Shown here one piece after another: positions 46,469-56,368 of a DNA stretch of 64,000 nucleotides. Positions within the stretch are counted from its first letter, which is position 1; each line of letters opens with the position of its first letter. The position numbers and the translations under genes are program-made. Source of the stretch: Naegleria gruberi. Its lineage: Eukaryota. The notes below the pieces were generated by a model. That model did no database searches. It was given only the letters and a program-made list of their open reading frames with translations, and had not been told where the DNA came from. The stretch lies in NCBI GenBank assembly GCA_000004985.1, contig GG738891.1. One strand, given 5' to 3'.

Positions 46469-47980
46469 TTATTCTTTCACATTGTCAAAATCCTTGATAG
46501 AATAAATGGAACAAGTATCTAATATGAAATCTCGCATGTAGAGAAAGTTTTTAGCATATTTTAGGCATTTCTTATTGATTCGAATAGCCTTTCTTATAAA
46601 TGCCTCGTTAGTCGAATAATCTGATTCAATTAAGGAAATGGCAAAGTCGTCATCGTTCTTGATTGCTTCCAACATGATATCTTCATCACATCTTGCTTTT
46701 TCTAACTCTTCATATCTCAATGAATGAAATTTCGTCAAGTTTCTAATTTTTCCATAAATAACTTCCTTTGACGAACCAATCGATTGGTGTTTTCTCATCC
46801 AAAAATCAATTCCAACACGTGGAATCCAAATATCTTGTTCATTATCTACTTGTTGTGGAAGATTAGTTGTCAGTTGTTGTTGAACTTGAAGAGAAGCAAA
46901 TTTCAAAGCATCTAGATTTTGGTCAACTGCACTTTTTACAATATCATAATCTGATTTGAATTTCTCAAGAGTAAATTCTAAAGCAAGAGGGTGGTTTCTA
47001 ATAGCTGTTAAATTAATGAGCTCGCTGTCTAGAAGAGGAGGTTTAACAAACTCTAACGCTCGTCCGTCTTGGTTGACTGCGATCATTACAATTGTTTCGT
47101 TGAAACTCTTGATGGAATCATGAGCATATTCTAATTCTAACCCATTTTTCTTGACCAGTTCAGTGACGATGAGTTCATTATTATTGTGAGCTTTCAGATA
47201 TTTTAGAAATTTCGGATAAACTTTCTTCTTGATGCAATTCAATACGAAATTCACTTCCTTCACTAGAGGAGTAATTTCCAGAATGGAAGGTTCTTTCAAT
47301 ACAGCTCTAGTGACTAATTCTTCATTAGTTTTCAATGAAACATCCACAAATCTAATGCAGTTTCCATTTAGTTTTACACATTTCAAAGCAAAATCAAAGT
47401 TTCGTCTCAAATCTTCATGAGCAAATGTCAAATTTACAGGTTTAATCTTCACTGCCTCATAAATCATCTGCTCATCCCTACAAAACTCTTCATTCATTTC
47501 GAATATTTCCTTAACTAATTCTCCTCCACCACTTTCCAAAGCTTTCAATGCAACTATTCGATTCTTCTTTAATTTTTCACTCAAAAATCTATACGAATCA
47601 CCCTCACTCTTCACAGCAGCCAACCCAAACTCAAAATCATCTTTAAACTCAACTGGCATTTCTCTAATAAACAACCCAAATTGACCCAAACATTCCTTTA
47701 TAAAAATTCGATCCGTTATCAAATCTTGTGGAATTTTCTTCATCAAATACTTGGGTCCATATATTCTAGTGAGAGAAAACGCCAAAATCTTTGTGTATTT
47801 CATGGTTTGTAGTTCGTGTGATGATTGTTGGAAAACTGATCGGAGGAGAAAACTCTTGAAAGTTTGATCGAGAATGAGTTGAACGGAAGTTTCGTCCAAA
47901 TCATCTTCTTGATGTGAAATCATTTTTTTTGAAGCTTGAATTTGTTGAATTAAACACGGTGTTATTAGTTGGACTAACAT
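46469..47980 (-). CDS. DUF4116-repeat protein
   Basis: 503-aa ORF with ATG at 47980. It contains repeated about 35-aa units of the DUF4116 type: FEFGLAAVKSEGDSYRFLSEKLKKNRIVALKALESGG, FDFALKCVKLNGNCIRFVDVSLKTNEELVTRAVLKEP, and IVMIAVNQDGRALEFVKPPLLDSELINLTAIRNHPLALEF...YDIVKSAVDQNLDALKFASLQ. Confidence 0.5.
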   Translation of the reverse strand: MLVQLITPCLIQQIQASKKMISHQEDDLDETSVQLILDQTFKSFLLRSVFQQSSHELQTMKYTKILAFSLTRIYGPKYLMKKIPQDLITDRIFIKECLGQFGLFIREMPVEFKDDFEFGLAAVKSEGDSYRFLSEKLKKNRIVALKALESGGGELVKEIFEMNEEFCRDEQMIYEAVKIKPVNLTFAHEDLRRNFDFALKCVKLNGNCIRFVDVSLKTNEELVTRAVLKEPSILEITPLVKEVNFVLNCIKKKVYPKFLKYLKAHNNNELIVTELVKKNGLELEYAHDSIKSFNETIVMIAVNQDGRALEFVKPPLLDSELINLTAIRNHPLALEFTLEKFKSDYDIVKSAVDQNLDALKFASLQVQQQLTTNLPQQVDNEQDIWIPRVGIDFWMRKHQSIGSSKEVIYGKIRNLTKFHSLRYEELEKARCDEDIMLEAIKNDDDFAISLIESDYSTNEAFIRKAIRINKKCLKYAKNFLYMRDFILDTCSIYSIKDFDNVKE

Positions 47981-48208
47981 TCTTTCTATTTATAAGCAAT
48001 TTCCTATAATTTCATGTTCATAATCTTGAATGAACACTTTACAATAATTTACAATTCTGTTTTATAAAAAAACGAAAAATTTCAATATATTAAATTGTTT
48101 AATCGTACTTCCTCCTAGTGCGTAGTGCTATTCCGTTGTTTGATCATCCTTTTGGTTCAAAATATCCCGCTTCAAGGATTCTTTATTCGAAACTCAATTA
48201 CAAAAAAA

Positions 48209-48964
48209 ATGTCAACACTTCAAAATCTCTGCAAACACTATCTGACAGCTCTTGATTCTGCCTTTCAACAAGCACTTGATTATTATCAAGAAATCAACGA
48301 TCAAACAAATGGTTGGGTCAATTACAAAACTACACCTGAACAAGCTCAGTATTTCATTAACAAGAAGAAACATTCGTATTGGATTTGGATGGGAGAAATG
48401 AAGAATGTGGAGATTCCAGAAAGTATTGCCAAAAATTCAAGAGATTTGATCAAGTATTTGGATGAGGAAAGTGAACGAAAGTTGTGGGATGAAGAATTTG
48501 TATCAGGTGTAAAAATTCATGACAAGATTGAAAAGAATTGTAACGAAACTTGTAAGAACGGAAGTGATCATTCTGATTTTAATGTTTATTATAGAGTTTT
48601 CACAGTAGGATCCAAAGCAGTTTCGAATAGAGAATTCGTCATTTCTAGAAATATTTATCAAGATCCAAAGTTGGAAAATGTAACTTGGATGTGCAATCAA
48701 ACACCTTTAGATTTTCCAGATTATGAACACAAGAAGGCACCTACAAATTCATCATGTGTTAGAGGAACAGTTCATGTCACTGCTTGGAGATTCGAACAGT
48801 TGAAATCTTCCATTTCTGGAAAATCTGTTTTTAACATTTCTGTAATTAGTCATTCTGAACCTGGTGGATGGGTGACTGCTTCTTTTTTCAATAATGGAGC
48901 AGGAGATCGTCCAGCATCAGCCGTTGTGAGATTAGTCAAATATTTACAAAGTAAACAAAACTAG
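48209..48964 (+). CDS. START/Bet v1-like (SRPBCC) lipid-binding domain protein
   Basis: The true ATG is at 48209 (MSTLQNLCKHY...); the track start at 48125 is a GTG. The C-terminal half has a START-like pattern: SNREFVISRNIYQDP...VTWMCNQTPLDFPD...SCVRGTVHVTAWRFEQL...ISHSEPGGWVTASFFNNGAGDRPASAVVRLVKYL. Confidence 0.45.
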   Translation: MSTLQNLCKHYLTALDSAFQQALDYYQEINDQTNGWVNYKTTPEQAQYFINKKKHSYWIWMGEMKNVEIPESIAKNSRDLIKYLDEESERKLWDEEFVSGVKIHDKIEKNCNETCKNGSDHSDFNVYYRVFTVGSKAVSNREFVISRNIYQDPKLENVTWMCNQTPLDFPDYEHKKAPTNSSCVRGTVHVTAWRFEQLKSSISGKSVFNISVISHSEPGGWVTASFFNNGAGDRPASAVVRLVKYLQSKQN

Positions 48965-49023
48965 TTTTCAATTTTTTAAAAAAAACCCAAAAATTTTACG
49001 ATTTTTCATCATTACAAAAAAAA

Positions 49024-51834
49024 ATGAATGAACAGGAACCGATTCTCTCCACCACAGGTCGTCTCGCCAATGCTCCCTACAAAATCTTCGATTGGGATCA
49101 AGAGGAGCCTCCTCTCTCTCGTGAAAAAGCCATTGAAAATCTAATGCAAGCGGAATATTACAACTACACTGTTGAGGAGATTATCGAGGAAGGTATTGAT
49201 CCAAATGAATATGGAAGGGCAAGGTTTATTTCCGAAGCCTTGATCATGATGGAAAATACGGGTGATGATGAGAAGGAAAATCAAGTAAAAAAACAACCAT
49301 CAACAATAAGAAGAGAAGATGATGATGAACCAAAGTTTTGGAGGAGAAGGGACTTGTTGATTCCTGGACAATCAATTCAAATTCCTTCAAAGATTACGAC
49401 AGTGCACTTGTTGAAGGAAAAACCGATTGAACATCAAGAGAAAAGTGGTGATGATTATGATAATGATTATGAGGAAGATAATGAGGAAAAGGAAAGCCAG
49501 GATGTTGAAACAATTATCAATCAAGATCGTTGTATTTATATTGGAAGTTTACTATCCCGAACAGAATGTAGTGATTTGATTGATTCCACATCAAGATTGG
49601 GATATGCAGAAATTGATAAGGAATATCCAAAGGAATATCGTAATAGTGAGAGAGTTTTGGTCAAGAGTAAGAAACTTGCGGACATGATTTGGTCTCGAAT
49701 TGTTCCATTCTTGAAAAAGTCTGATATTGATGGTGTGAAACCTTATGGTTTTGATAATGATGGTTGTTGGGTTCCTTGTGGAATTAATGAAGTATTGAGA
49801 TTCAACAAGTATAGTCGTGGAACTTTCTTTAAACCTCACACTGATGCTCAATTCGTTAGAAATGATAATGAAAAATCAATCTTCACAGTGTTGGTCTATT
49901 TGAGCGACTCTTCTGCAGCTACAACCCTTCTGAAAAAGGTTGGAGAGAAGATTGAGGATGATAGTATTTCCTTTGATTTCAAAAAGTTGGCATCCATCAA
50001 ACCAACAGAAGGAAGTGTTGGTAAGTTGAATAGATTAATGATTCTAAATAATAATTTAAAGCTATTTTTAACCATGATCTCTATCATGACGGCCAAAAAC
50101 TATACTATGGATCAAAGTATGTTGTGAGAAGTGAAATCATCTTCAAGAGAATTGATAAGGATAGCATTTATAGAATGGATTATAGAAATAGTGAAGAATT
50201 CAAACGAGTAAAGAACCTCATTGATGATAGCTACGAGTTGGAACGTCAAGGTAATTTAACTCAATCCACCATCAAATATATCCAAGCTATGGACTTGCAG
50301 ACATCCTTGTCCCACTCCATTCAAAGAAAATCAAATAGAAAATTGAGTTTTATTGAAGAAAATCTTCCTGAAGAGGTATTCGTTCACATATTTAACTATT
50401 TAACGGATGAAGAAGTTTGTACGAGTGTCATTCCTATCAATTCTGAAATTAATTCAATTGCTAGAAATGAAACCATGTGGGAACAAAGATTTTCAAAAAA
50501 GTGGGGATCTGAAACAATGGAAAAGTCAATTCTTGATAGAGTCATTAGATATGAATATGATGAAAATTATGAACCTACAAATGAAGAGAAGATTGAATTT
50601 CATAGTAAGGAAAATGAAATTATCAATCTTCTTCAAAAAGATACTCACGATTGGTATAATGCATTTTCTTGCAGATCAAATATGGAAAAATCTTTCAATG
50701 CTGTACTTTTAGATCTTGGGCAGCATACTTACAAGTATGGATTAGCAAGTAATAATGCCTATTGGAGATCAATGACAGCTGTCGGTGAACCTAATCATCC
50801 TCACTTTTATTTACCATCCTATGGATTTGACGATGTTATAACAGGAGATAGATTTGTTCAAGCTCAATACCATTGTAGATTGAACAAGTTCTTTAACTCT
50901 AAAGGAGTACCCAAGAAGAAACTGCTCAAAATTTTCCTTTATCAGCTCTATAAGGAAGATTTAAGAGTTAACTTACAAGAACACCCTCTTCTTATGGCTG
51001 TGCCTCCTCACTGGGATAAGGAATACTTGAAAAAGGTGGAACAGGTTGCAGTAAGTTCTCTATATTGCAAATTATATTTAATTTCATTGATAGTTTTCTT
51101 TAGGTATTCCAGCAGTTCACTTTGTGGACTCGTTCAAGCTACTTGCATTGTATTATCAAAAACCAACATCCTTAATTATTAGTGCAACACCAAATGGATC
51201 GACATGTGTACCAGTCATAGATTGTGAGTCTAAGACTGCATGTATGGATATGAATGTGTTTAACATGTACGAGGAGTATAGGAATATGAATGAAGATATG
51301 CGCTATTATGAAATGACTTTCAGAGAGGAAGTATCAGAATTTTTGAAAATTGCCCCTTGCAGTCCGAGCCAAGATCAAAAAGAATTTAATGAATTTGTAC
51401 AAAACCTTGAACCTTTCGAATGGACTTCATACATGGTTTCACCAATCAATGAAAGAGCCAATATTTCGGAAATTTTCTACTCTCATGTATGGGAAAATGT
51501 CCAAAAATCAATCACCTTAATTCGAAATAATCAATCTCTTTCCAATATTGAAAAAGATCAAATTCTAAACAATATTTTAATTGTAGGTGGATTCTCAGCA
51601 TTAACAGGATTTAGAGAAAGAATTAAGAAGGACATTTTGGAATATCTTGGACAAGAATACTCTCCATCATTTACTTTTAGAGAACAGAAGGCTGATTATT
51701 CTGTCAGAAAAACAGGTATCAAGGTCAGCATTGTTGGACAAGATATGGACGTAGTTGGAGGAGCTAGAATTGTTTCCAATCTCTCAAACTTTAGAGAAAT
51801 TTGTAGTTACAATCAAGCATATAACAAGTATTAA
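49024..51834 (+). CDS. Composite ORF of at least 3 exons: prolyl-4-hydroxylase-like 2OG-Fe(II) oxygenase domain, then an F-box motif, then a divergent actin-related protein (Arp)
   Basis: Exon 1 (49024..50020) carries P4Hc-like RCIYIGSLLSRTECSDLI ... and an HxD motif, FKPHTDAQF. A 41-nt intron (GTAAGT 50021 ... AG 50061) in phase 1 restores the second-His region, AIFNHDLYHDGQKLYYGSKYVVRSEIIF. The same frame then continues with no stop for about 1.1 kb. It passes through an F-box (LPEEVFVHIFNYLTDEEVCTSVIPINSEINSIARNETMWEQRFSKKW). It then enters the actin-fold N-terminus (NAVLLDLGQHTYKYGLASNNAYWRSMTAVGEP ... EHPLLMAVPPHWDKEYLKKVEQVAV). After a third intron near 51041-51104 the actin fold continues in track ORF 51124..51834: IPAVHFVDSFKLLALYYQK ... 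ILIVGGFSALTGFRERIKKDI ... VSIVGQDMDVVGGARIVSNLSNF. The obvious GTAAGT donor of that intron is out of phase by 1 nt. A GT 4 nt downstream (a|GTTCTC, about a 49-nt intron) would restore the frame. Confidence 0.55.
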
Positions 51835-51938
51835 ATAGACAACCATTTATTAAATTATATCATGTAATATTTTCCAGACAAATTGACATTCTATTGAATT
51901 GTTTCGAAATAGTGATCATGGCTGGAATTTTAACCGAT

Positions 51939-52652
51939 TTATTTTGAAGGTGTGTGATTTACAAATTCCCACTTTCTCTTTCTTGGAATAGTTACTGGTT
52001 CTGTTGTTTCCAAAATTGGTTGGTATTGGATATTTTCATATGCAGTTATATTTTTTCTTAGTTCTGCCCTTGCACTGTTTTCATAGTCGTTTTTGTTGAT
52101 GATAATTACATTATATTCGAAATTACGACAGAGTGGCCTAAAAAACTTTCCTTGAATTTCTAAATAAATTCTTCCTTTGTAGTTTTTGCATTGGGGATAT
52201 TGAGAGATGATATGGATTGCACGATATGCTGTTTCTTTTTTTGGAAAAGTAATAGTTGAAGTTCCAAGCAACGTCAAATCTCTACTTTTTTTAGGTTTGT
52301 GTTTACCATAAATTAGCATTTCAAAACATAATTCAGAAGAATTTTTGCTACAAATAATTTTGAAATCATTGTGAACTGTTTGAATTTCGCTTTTGCTTGG
52401 CAAGATGTTAATGCTAGATGACATTGGCATTTGTTGAGCGGTTTGTTGATTTTGAATTTGTGAGACGTTTTGCAATTGATTTTCATATGGCATATGAATT
52501 AATGTTGGTTGCCGATTCCAGAATTGAGTGTTAATTTTGAAACTCAGTAACTTCATCCTGATAGAGGATAGTTGAGAGTGGTGAGAATATCGAGGGACTT
52601 GAGGCAGTGTTATTGGATGTAACTTGGTGAGTATTATCGGTGATATCTTCAT
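51939..52652 (-). CDS. Hypothetical protein (237 aa), no confident domain
   Basis: ORF with ATG at 52652 and a Gln/Asn-rich N-terminal third. The C-terminal part (FKIICSKNSSELCFEMLIYGK...IYLEIQGKFFRPLCRNFEYNVIIINKNDYENSARAELRKN...) is vaguely LURP-one/scramblase-like, but I cannot support a family call. Confidence 0.4.
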   Translation of the reverse strand: MKISPIILTKLHPITLPQVPRYSHHSQLSSIRMKLLSFKINTQFWNRQPTLIHMPYENQLQNVSQIQNQQTAQQMPMSSSINILPSKSEIQTVHNDFKIICSKNSSELCFEMLIYGKHKPKKSRDLTLLGTSTITFPKKETAYRAIHIISQYPQCKNYKGRIYLEIQGKFFRPLCRNFEYNVIIINKNDYENSARAELRKNITAYENIQYQPILETTEPVTIPRKRKWEFVNHTPSK

Positions 52653-53396
52653 AACGAAGGAAACAAATCATCGTCATCATTAATTTCATGAGTGTCAGCT
52701 TGTTGGTGTTCATACAAGGTGCAACTGAGTTTTTATACTCACATTCTCTTATTTTAGATTTTCATTACAACTCACAATTATTTTTAATTTTAGTAATGGA
52801 TGATTGTTAGGTACTTGGCCACGCTCACGTTTATTTTTAATTTTCAAGCATAATCAAAGTCCTTGGACAAGAATCGAACACGTGGTTTCTTCCTTGACAA
52901 TCTACAGTGTTTGACCTTTCGAATAATGGTGTGTACCATTAAAATTGTCTAACATTTTAAAAGTAGGCAAAAAAAAATGCCTCCATTTGCTTCTCACTAC
53001 AACCTGCTTCATTCAATAAATCATTTATAAAATTATGAGTACATACAATATGAAATAAATCATCAACTTGTTTAAATGTGAAATACATTCTAATTCTTTA
53101 ATTATTAATACTTCAATGTTCTAAACATTTTCTACATCTTTTCCGATGTTGTTACATCATTCCATGATGAGGAAGTAAAAAAATTCAATTTCAGTCCAAT
53201 AAAGTTAAACAAGTAATGTAATTGGTATGTATCGAATTTCTCGACCAATAAACACTAAATAAACACATGAGGTGGAATACCAGCAACTAATATTAATCTT
53301 CGTGTTCTAATAATTTAATGACTAACAACAAACGAGCGTGAAAATATTTATTTAAAATGAAAAGATTTCACAAGAATCAGGGTCAATGATGGTCAA

Positions 53397-53660
53397 TTGA
53401 CTCATTTTGGAAGTTTTGGAGCTTTCCATGGACCTCAAGCTATTGCTGATTTCTTCCAAAATGTTTTATTTGGACAAGTTGGCGCCAGAAATCCACAATT
53501 GACTTCACATGTTATTCAAAGAATTGACGAATCAACAATTTATAAATTGGGTAAAGTTCTGGTGGAGAAATTGAAGCTCCTTATACAGTTGTTTGGACTA
53601 TGGGTCAAGAAGGAGAATATAAGATTAAAATTGATACTTTCTAACACTTTTTTGAATTAG
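53397..53660 (+). CDS. Small ORF (87 aa) inside the duplicated segment; coding status doubtful
   Basis: Track ORF MTHFGSFGAFHGPQAIADFFQNVLFGQVGARNPQLTSHVIQRIDESTIYKLGKVLVEKLKLLIQLFGLWVKKENIRLKLILSNTFLN. Its 3' half is repeated identically on the - strand at 62207..62340. I see no domain. Confidence 0.2.
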   Translation: MTHFGSFGAFHGPQAIADFFQNVLFGQVGARNPQLTSHVIQRIDESTIYKLGKVLVEKLKLLIQLFGLWVKKENIRLKLILSNTFLN

Positions 53661-53802
53661 TTTACAAATATTTTTCAATTGAAAATTAAAGTTGCTATAA
53701 ATCAACAATAAGGAAAGATTGTCGTACAATTCAATTAATAATCATAATTAGTAACCACACTAAAATGGAAAGCAAATTCTCATTATTCGAAACTCAAAAA
53801 AA

Positions 53803-54086
53803 ATGCCACAATTACATGTAAATCCACTGCATCCTCCCAATCACACCAGAACAAGAGGAAATTCAGGTCCAACTCACCATCATCACTCGCACCACTCACA
53901 CCATCACCCAACGTCAACACATCACACGAGACAAGTCAGTAATCCATCTCCACCTTCTAACAGCAGTCCAGATAACATAATTAAATTTATTTCTGATGAA
54001 GATGAAAAGCATAACTGTACAATGATCGGATATTCATTTGCATCCTTCTTGGTGTCAACTTTATTATCAGTGACATTGGCAGTTGT
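53803..54086 (+). CDS. 5' part of a second copy of the His-rich type II membrane protein gene, truncated by a 51-N gap
   Basis: The first 95 codons (MPQLHVNPLHPPNHTRTRGNSGPTHHHHSHHSHHHPTSTHH...SVTLAV) and 140 nt of upstream DNA are identical to the full copy at 62064..61042 (- strand). Confidence 0.5.
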
Positions 54087-54137
54087 NNNNNNNNNNNNNN
54101 NNNNNNNNNNNNNNNNNNNNNNNNNNNNNNNNNNNNN
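54087..54137. other. Assembly gap (51 N) joining the truncated membrane-protein gene copy to a PARP 3' fragment
   Basis: N run. Confidence 0.9.
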
Positions 54138-54500
54138 GGACATGGTAATTATTTCGGTAAGTTTCTATTTCATTACTGACCTATTTCAATAACCAAAAAA
54201 GCCGACAAATTCAAGAAATCTCTCGGATATACCAGTTTCACAGGATCCTATTGGGCAGGAGGTTCTTCAGATAAGGCCTATCTTGCTGTATTTGATGTAC
54301 ATGTTGGCAAACAATTGGAAGTTACTAATTGGGATCACACACTTTCGGATTTCACAGAAGAATCCTTGACGAATTATAATGGACAAGATTATGATTCATT
54401 ATTTGCAAAAGCAAAGAATGGATTCTTGCTTAATAATGAATTTATAGTGTATAACTCAGCTCAATGCACAATCAAGTTTATGGTTGAAATTAAACAATAG
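54138..54500 (+). CDS. 3' end of a PARP catalytic-domain gene copy: last codons of exon 1, a 45-nt intron, and the complete last exon
   Basis: The sequence reads GHGNYF|gtaagt...45 nt...aaaaag|ADKFKKSLGYTSFTGSYWAGGSSDKAYLAVFDVHVGKQLEVTNWDHTLSDFTEESLTNYNGQDYDSLFAKAKNGFLLNNEFIVYNSAQCTIKFMVEIKQ*. It matches the PARP C-terminal consensus (G-x-YFAD...SKS...LLYNEYIVY). The track ORF 54315..54500 is its tail. Confidence 0.6.
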
Positions 54501-54534
54501 TGAAGATTCTATTAATTAAAAAATGTTATAAAAG

Positions 54535-54607
54535 AGAAACAAGATGGATTTGAACCACCGACCTTGGGGGTGAGAGCCCCATATTCTCCCCGCTGAACTA
54601 CTGTTCC
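54535..54607 (-). tRNA. tRNA-Glu (anticodon CTC) candidate
   Basis: Folded by hand on the - strand: acceptor GGAACAG/TTGTTTC with two G-U pairs, D-arm GTTC-AGCGGGGA-GAAT, anticodon arm TGGGG-CTCTCAC-CCCCA (loop CU-CUC-AC), variable loop AGGTC, and T-arm GGTGG-TTCAAAT-CCATC. A T-run (tcttttataacatttttt) follows downstream as a Pol III terminator. Confidence 0.55.
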
Positions 54608-54746
54608 TCATGGTAGCTGCCAAAATCTTTAGACACTCAATAAACTGATGATTTTTTCCCTCCAAAAACTGGTTAGATTCATTTTTTGATGTTAAGCATA
54701 CAAAATTTCCTTCAATCAACCCACTTCAGGAATTGGTTCTGACATC

Positions 54747-54813
54747 TTGACATTGTGACAAGCCAACCACGTGTCCAAATTTCCAACCATCATTGACATT
54801 GTGACAAGCCAAC
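54747..54813 (+). promoter_or_regulatory. Perfect 21-bp direct repeat (ttgacattgtgacaagccaac) x2 immediately upstream of the F-box/LRR gene ATG
   Basis: Copies lie at 54747-54767 and 54793-54813, with 46-nt spacing. The second copy ends 8 nt before the ATG at 54822. Confidence 0.3.
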
Positions 54814-54821
54814 AAAAAAAA

Positions 54822-55895
54822 ATGAGCAAACGTACAACAAGCCATGATCCGCTCAGCAACCAATCAATGGATTTAAAAAAGAAGAAACTCTCCCATCAAG
54901 AAAATATCTTCTCAGATGACATTCTTTATGACATTTTGTCATTTCACAAAAATGATTTTCCATTTATTGTAATGAATTGTGCGTTGGTTTCAAAACAGTG
55001 GTCAAATGTCATTTTAGAAAGATTGAAAGTGGAATTGAGTTGTGGAAATGACAAGAAAGTGAATGGTCAATTTTTACAAAATGTCGAAACTTTTCACATG
55101 AACATCAATGTATTTGTCAAGAGTTTCGAATGTGAAAGGTTTAGTTTGTTTAAACAATTAACAAAGCTTGATATTGCTTATGAATTAGAAGATCCTGATT
55201 ATTTGGACCATCTAAGAGAACAAGATTATGAAGAATACCAAAAATACCTCCAATTTACTCACAAAATTGGTAAAACGGGAGCAAAATATATTGGTGATCA
55301 ATTGAGACAGTTGACTTATCTCAATATTGGTAATAATGATATTGGAGATGAAGGAGCCAAGCACATTAGTCAATTGAAACTCTTGACTTTTCTTGATGTT
55401 TATGAAAATCGAATTAGCAATGTAGGACTTGTCAATTTCAGTAACGAATTGCAACATTTGACACATCTTAATATCAATTCCAATTATATTTTCTCAGATG
55501 ATGCAAAATTATTAATTGAAATGAAACAATTAACTCATCTCAATATTGGTGATAATTCTCTTCAAGAGGAAGGTGCCAAATGGATTAGTGAAATGAAGCA
55601 ATTGAAATATCTCAATATTTCCAGAAACCTTATTAGAAGTGAAGGCATGAAATATATTTGTGAGTTGACAAATTTAACAACTCTCAACGTTTCCCAGAAT
55701 AGTATAAAAGATAAAGGGATAGAGAAATTACCAAATTTGGAAAAATTGACCGAGCTCAATATTAGTTACAACAATATTAGTAACAAAGGAGCTAAATTGA
55801 TCAACGAGTTGAAACAATTGACTTTTCTTGATATGGACTGCAATGAAGGAGGTGATATGAAAGGATTCAAAATTACTATTGCACTTAAAAATTGA
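54822..55895 (+). CDS. F-box / leucine-rich-repeat (RNI-type LRR) protein
   Basis: The true ATG is at 54822 (MSKRTTSHDP...); the track start at 54771 is a GTG. The F-box-like N-terminus reads DDILYDILSFHKNDFPFIVMNCALVSKQWSNVI. It is followed by at least nine 24-28-aa LRRs of RNI type (LTYLNIGNNDIGDEGAKHISQLKLLTFLDVYENRISNVG...). Confidence 0.6.
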   Translation: MSKRTTSHDPLSNQSMDLKKKKLSHQENIFSDDILYDILSFHKNDFPFIVMNCALVSKQWSNVILERLKVELSCGNDKKVNGQFLQNVETFHMNINVFVKSFECERFSLFKQLTKLDIAYELEDPDYLDHLREQDYEEYQKYLQFTHKIGKTGAKYIGDQLRQLTYLNIGNNDIGDEGAKHISQLKLLTFLDVYENRISNVGLVNFSNELQHLTHLNINSNYIFSDDAKLLIEMKQLTHLNIGDNSLQEEGAKWISEMKQLKYLNISRNLIRSEGMKYICELTNLTTLNVSQNSIKDKGIEKLPNLEKLTELNISYNNISNKGAKLINELKQLTFLDMDCNEGGDMKGFKITIALKN

Positions 55896-56080
55896 AATTT
55901 ATCGTAATCTTTCAGATTAAATACAAAATGCTAATGTAATTTATACGAATTTTATGATTGAATCATGTCAATAAACATGTATATTCAAATATTAATGAAT
56001 TTACAAATTTCTGTTAATGACCTAGATCAGAATTTCATCCTCTAAAAAAAGAGGTACAAATTTTTTGTAATGATAGATAA

Positions 56081-56169
56081 CCCGTTGTAGTCCAATGGTT
56101 AGGACATGTGACTCAGTCCAACAAGACTAAAGTTCTCACAAGATCCTGGTTCAACTCCAGGCAATGGGT
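56081..56169 (+). tRNA. Intron-containing tRNA gene (type I; anticodon uncertain)
   Basis: Acceptor CCCGTTG/CAATGGG with one G-U pair, D-arm GTCC-AATGGTTA-GGAC, anticodon stem TGTGA/TCACA enclosing 24 nt (a 7-nt loop plus about a 17-nt intron pairing AGTC with GACT), variable loop AGATC, and T-arm CCTGG-TTCAACT-CCAGG. A T9 run follows about 25 nt downstream. With canonical intron placement the loop reads CU-CAG-U; that anticodon conflicts with the type I structure, so the amino-acid identity is unresolved. Confidence 0.5.
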
Positions 56170-56368
56170 ATCCAATTATTGCAATCTGTTTCAATTTTTT
56201 TTTAACCTTCAGCAAACCTTAAAAGAACTATGCAATTTTCACCCCAACTCCGACCTATTCCTTTCGAATACTGTATCAAGGTCACAATTTCACTCCACTC
56301 TTTTCCACTTCGCTCCAAATTAAAAAAATCCAAGATTCTAATTTAGCGCCAAAATCAAATCTAAAAAA

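Larger units (their letters stand above)
53076..54500. repeat. Copy A of an inverted segmental duplication (partner 61042..64000)
   Basis: The segment 53076-53283 is about 85 percent identical to the reverse complement of 63806-64000. The segment 53519-54086 is essentially identical to the reverse complement of 61781-62340, including intergenic DNA. The segment 54138 to about 54330 is essentially identical to the reverse complement of 62399 to about 62600. The block order differs between the two copies; see the finding. Confidence 0.7.

Noticed and set aside
52531-52713. 60-aa ORF with a signal-peptide-like start (MNTNKLTLMKLMMTMICFLRY) overlapping the start of gene 51939..52652; considered as a possible upstream exon
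   Set aside because: I found no GT-AG pair that joins it in frame to the downstream ORF, and it overlaps the downstream ATG in another frame. It is left unannotated.
54516-54719. ORF 54516..54719 -
   Set aside because: It overlaps the tRNA-Glu gene and its flanks, and is a chance ORF.
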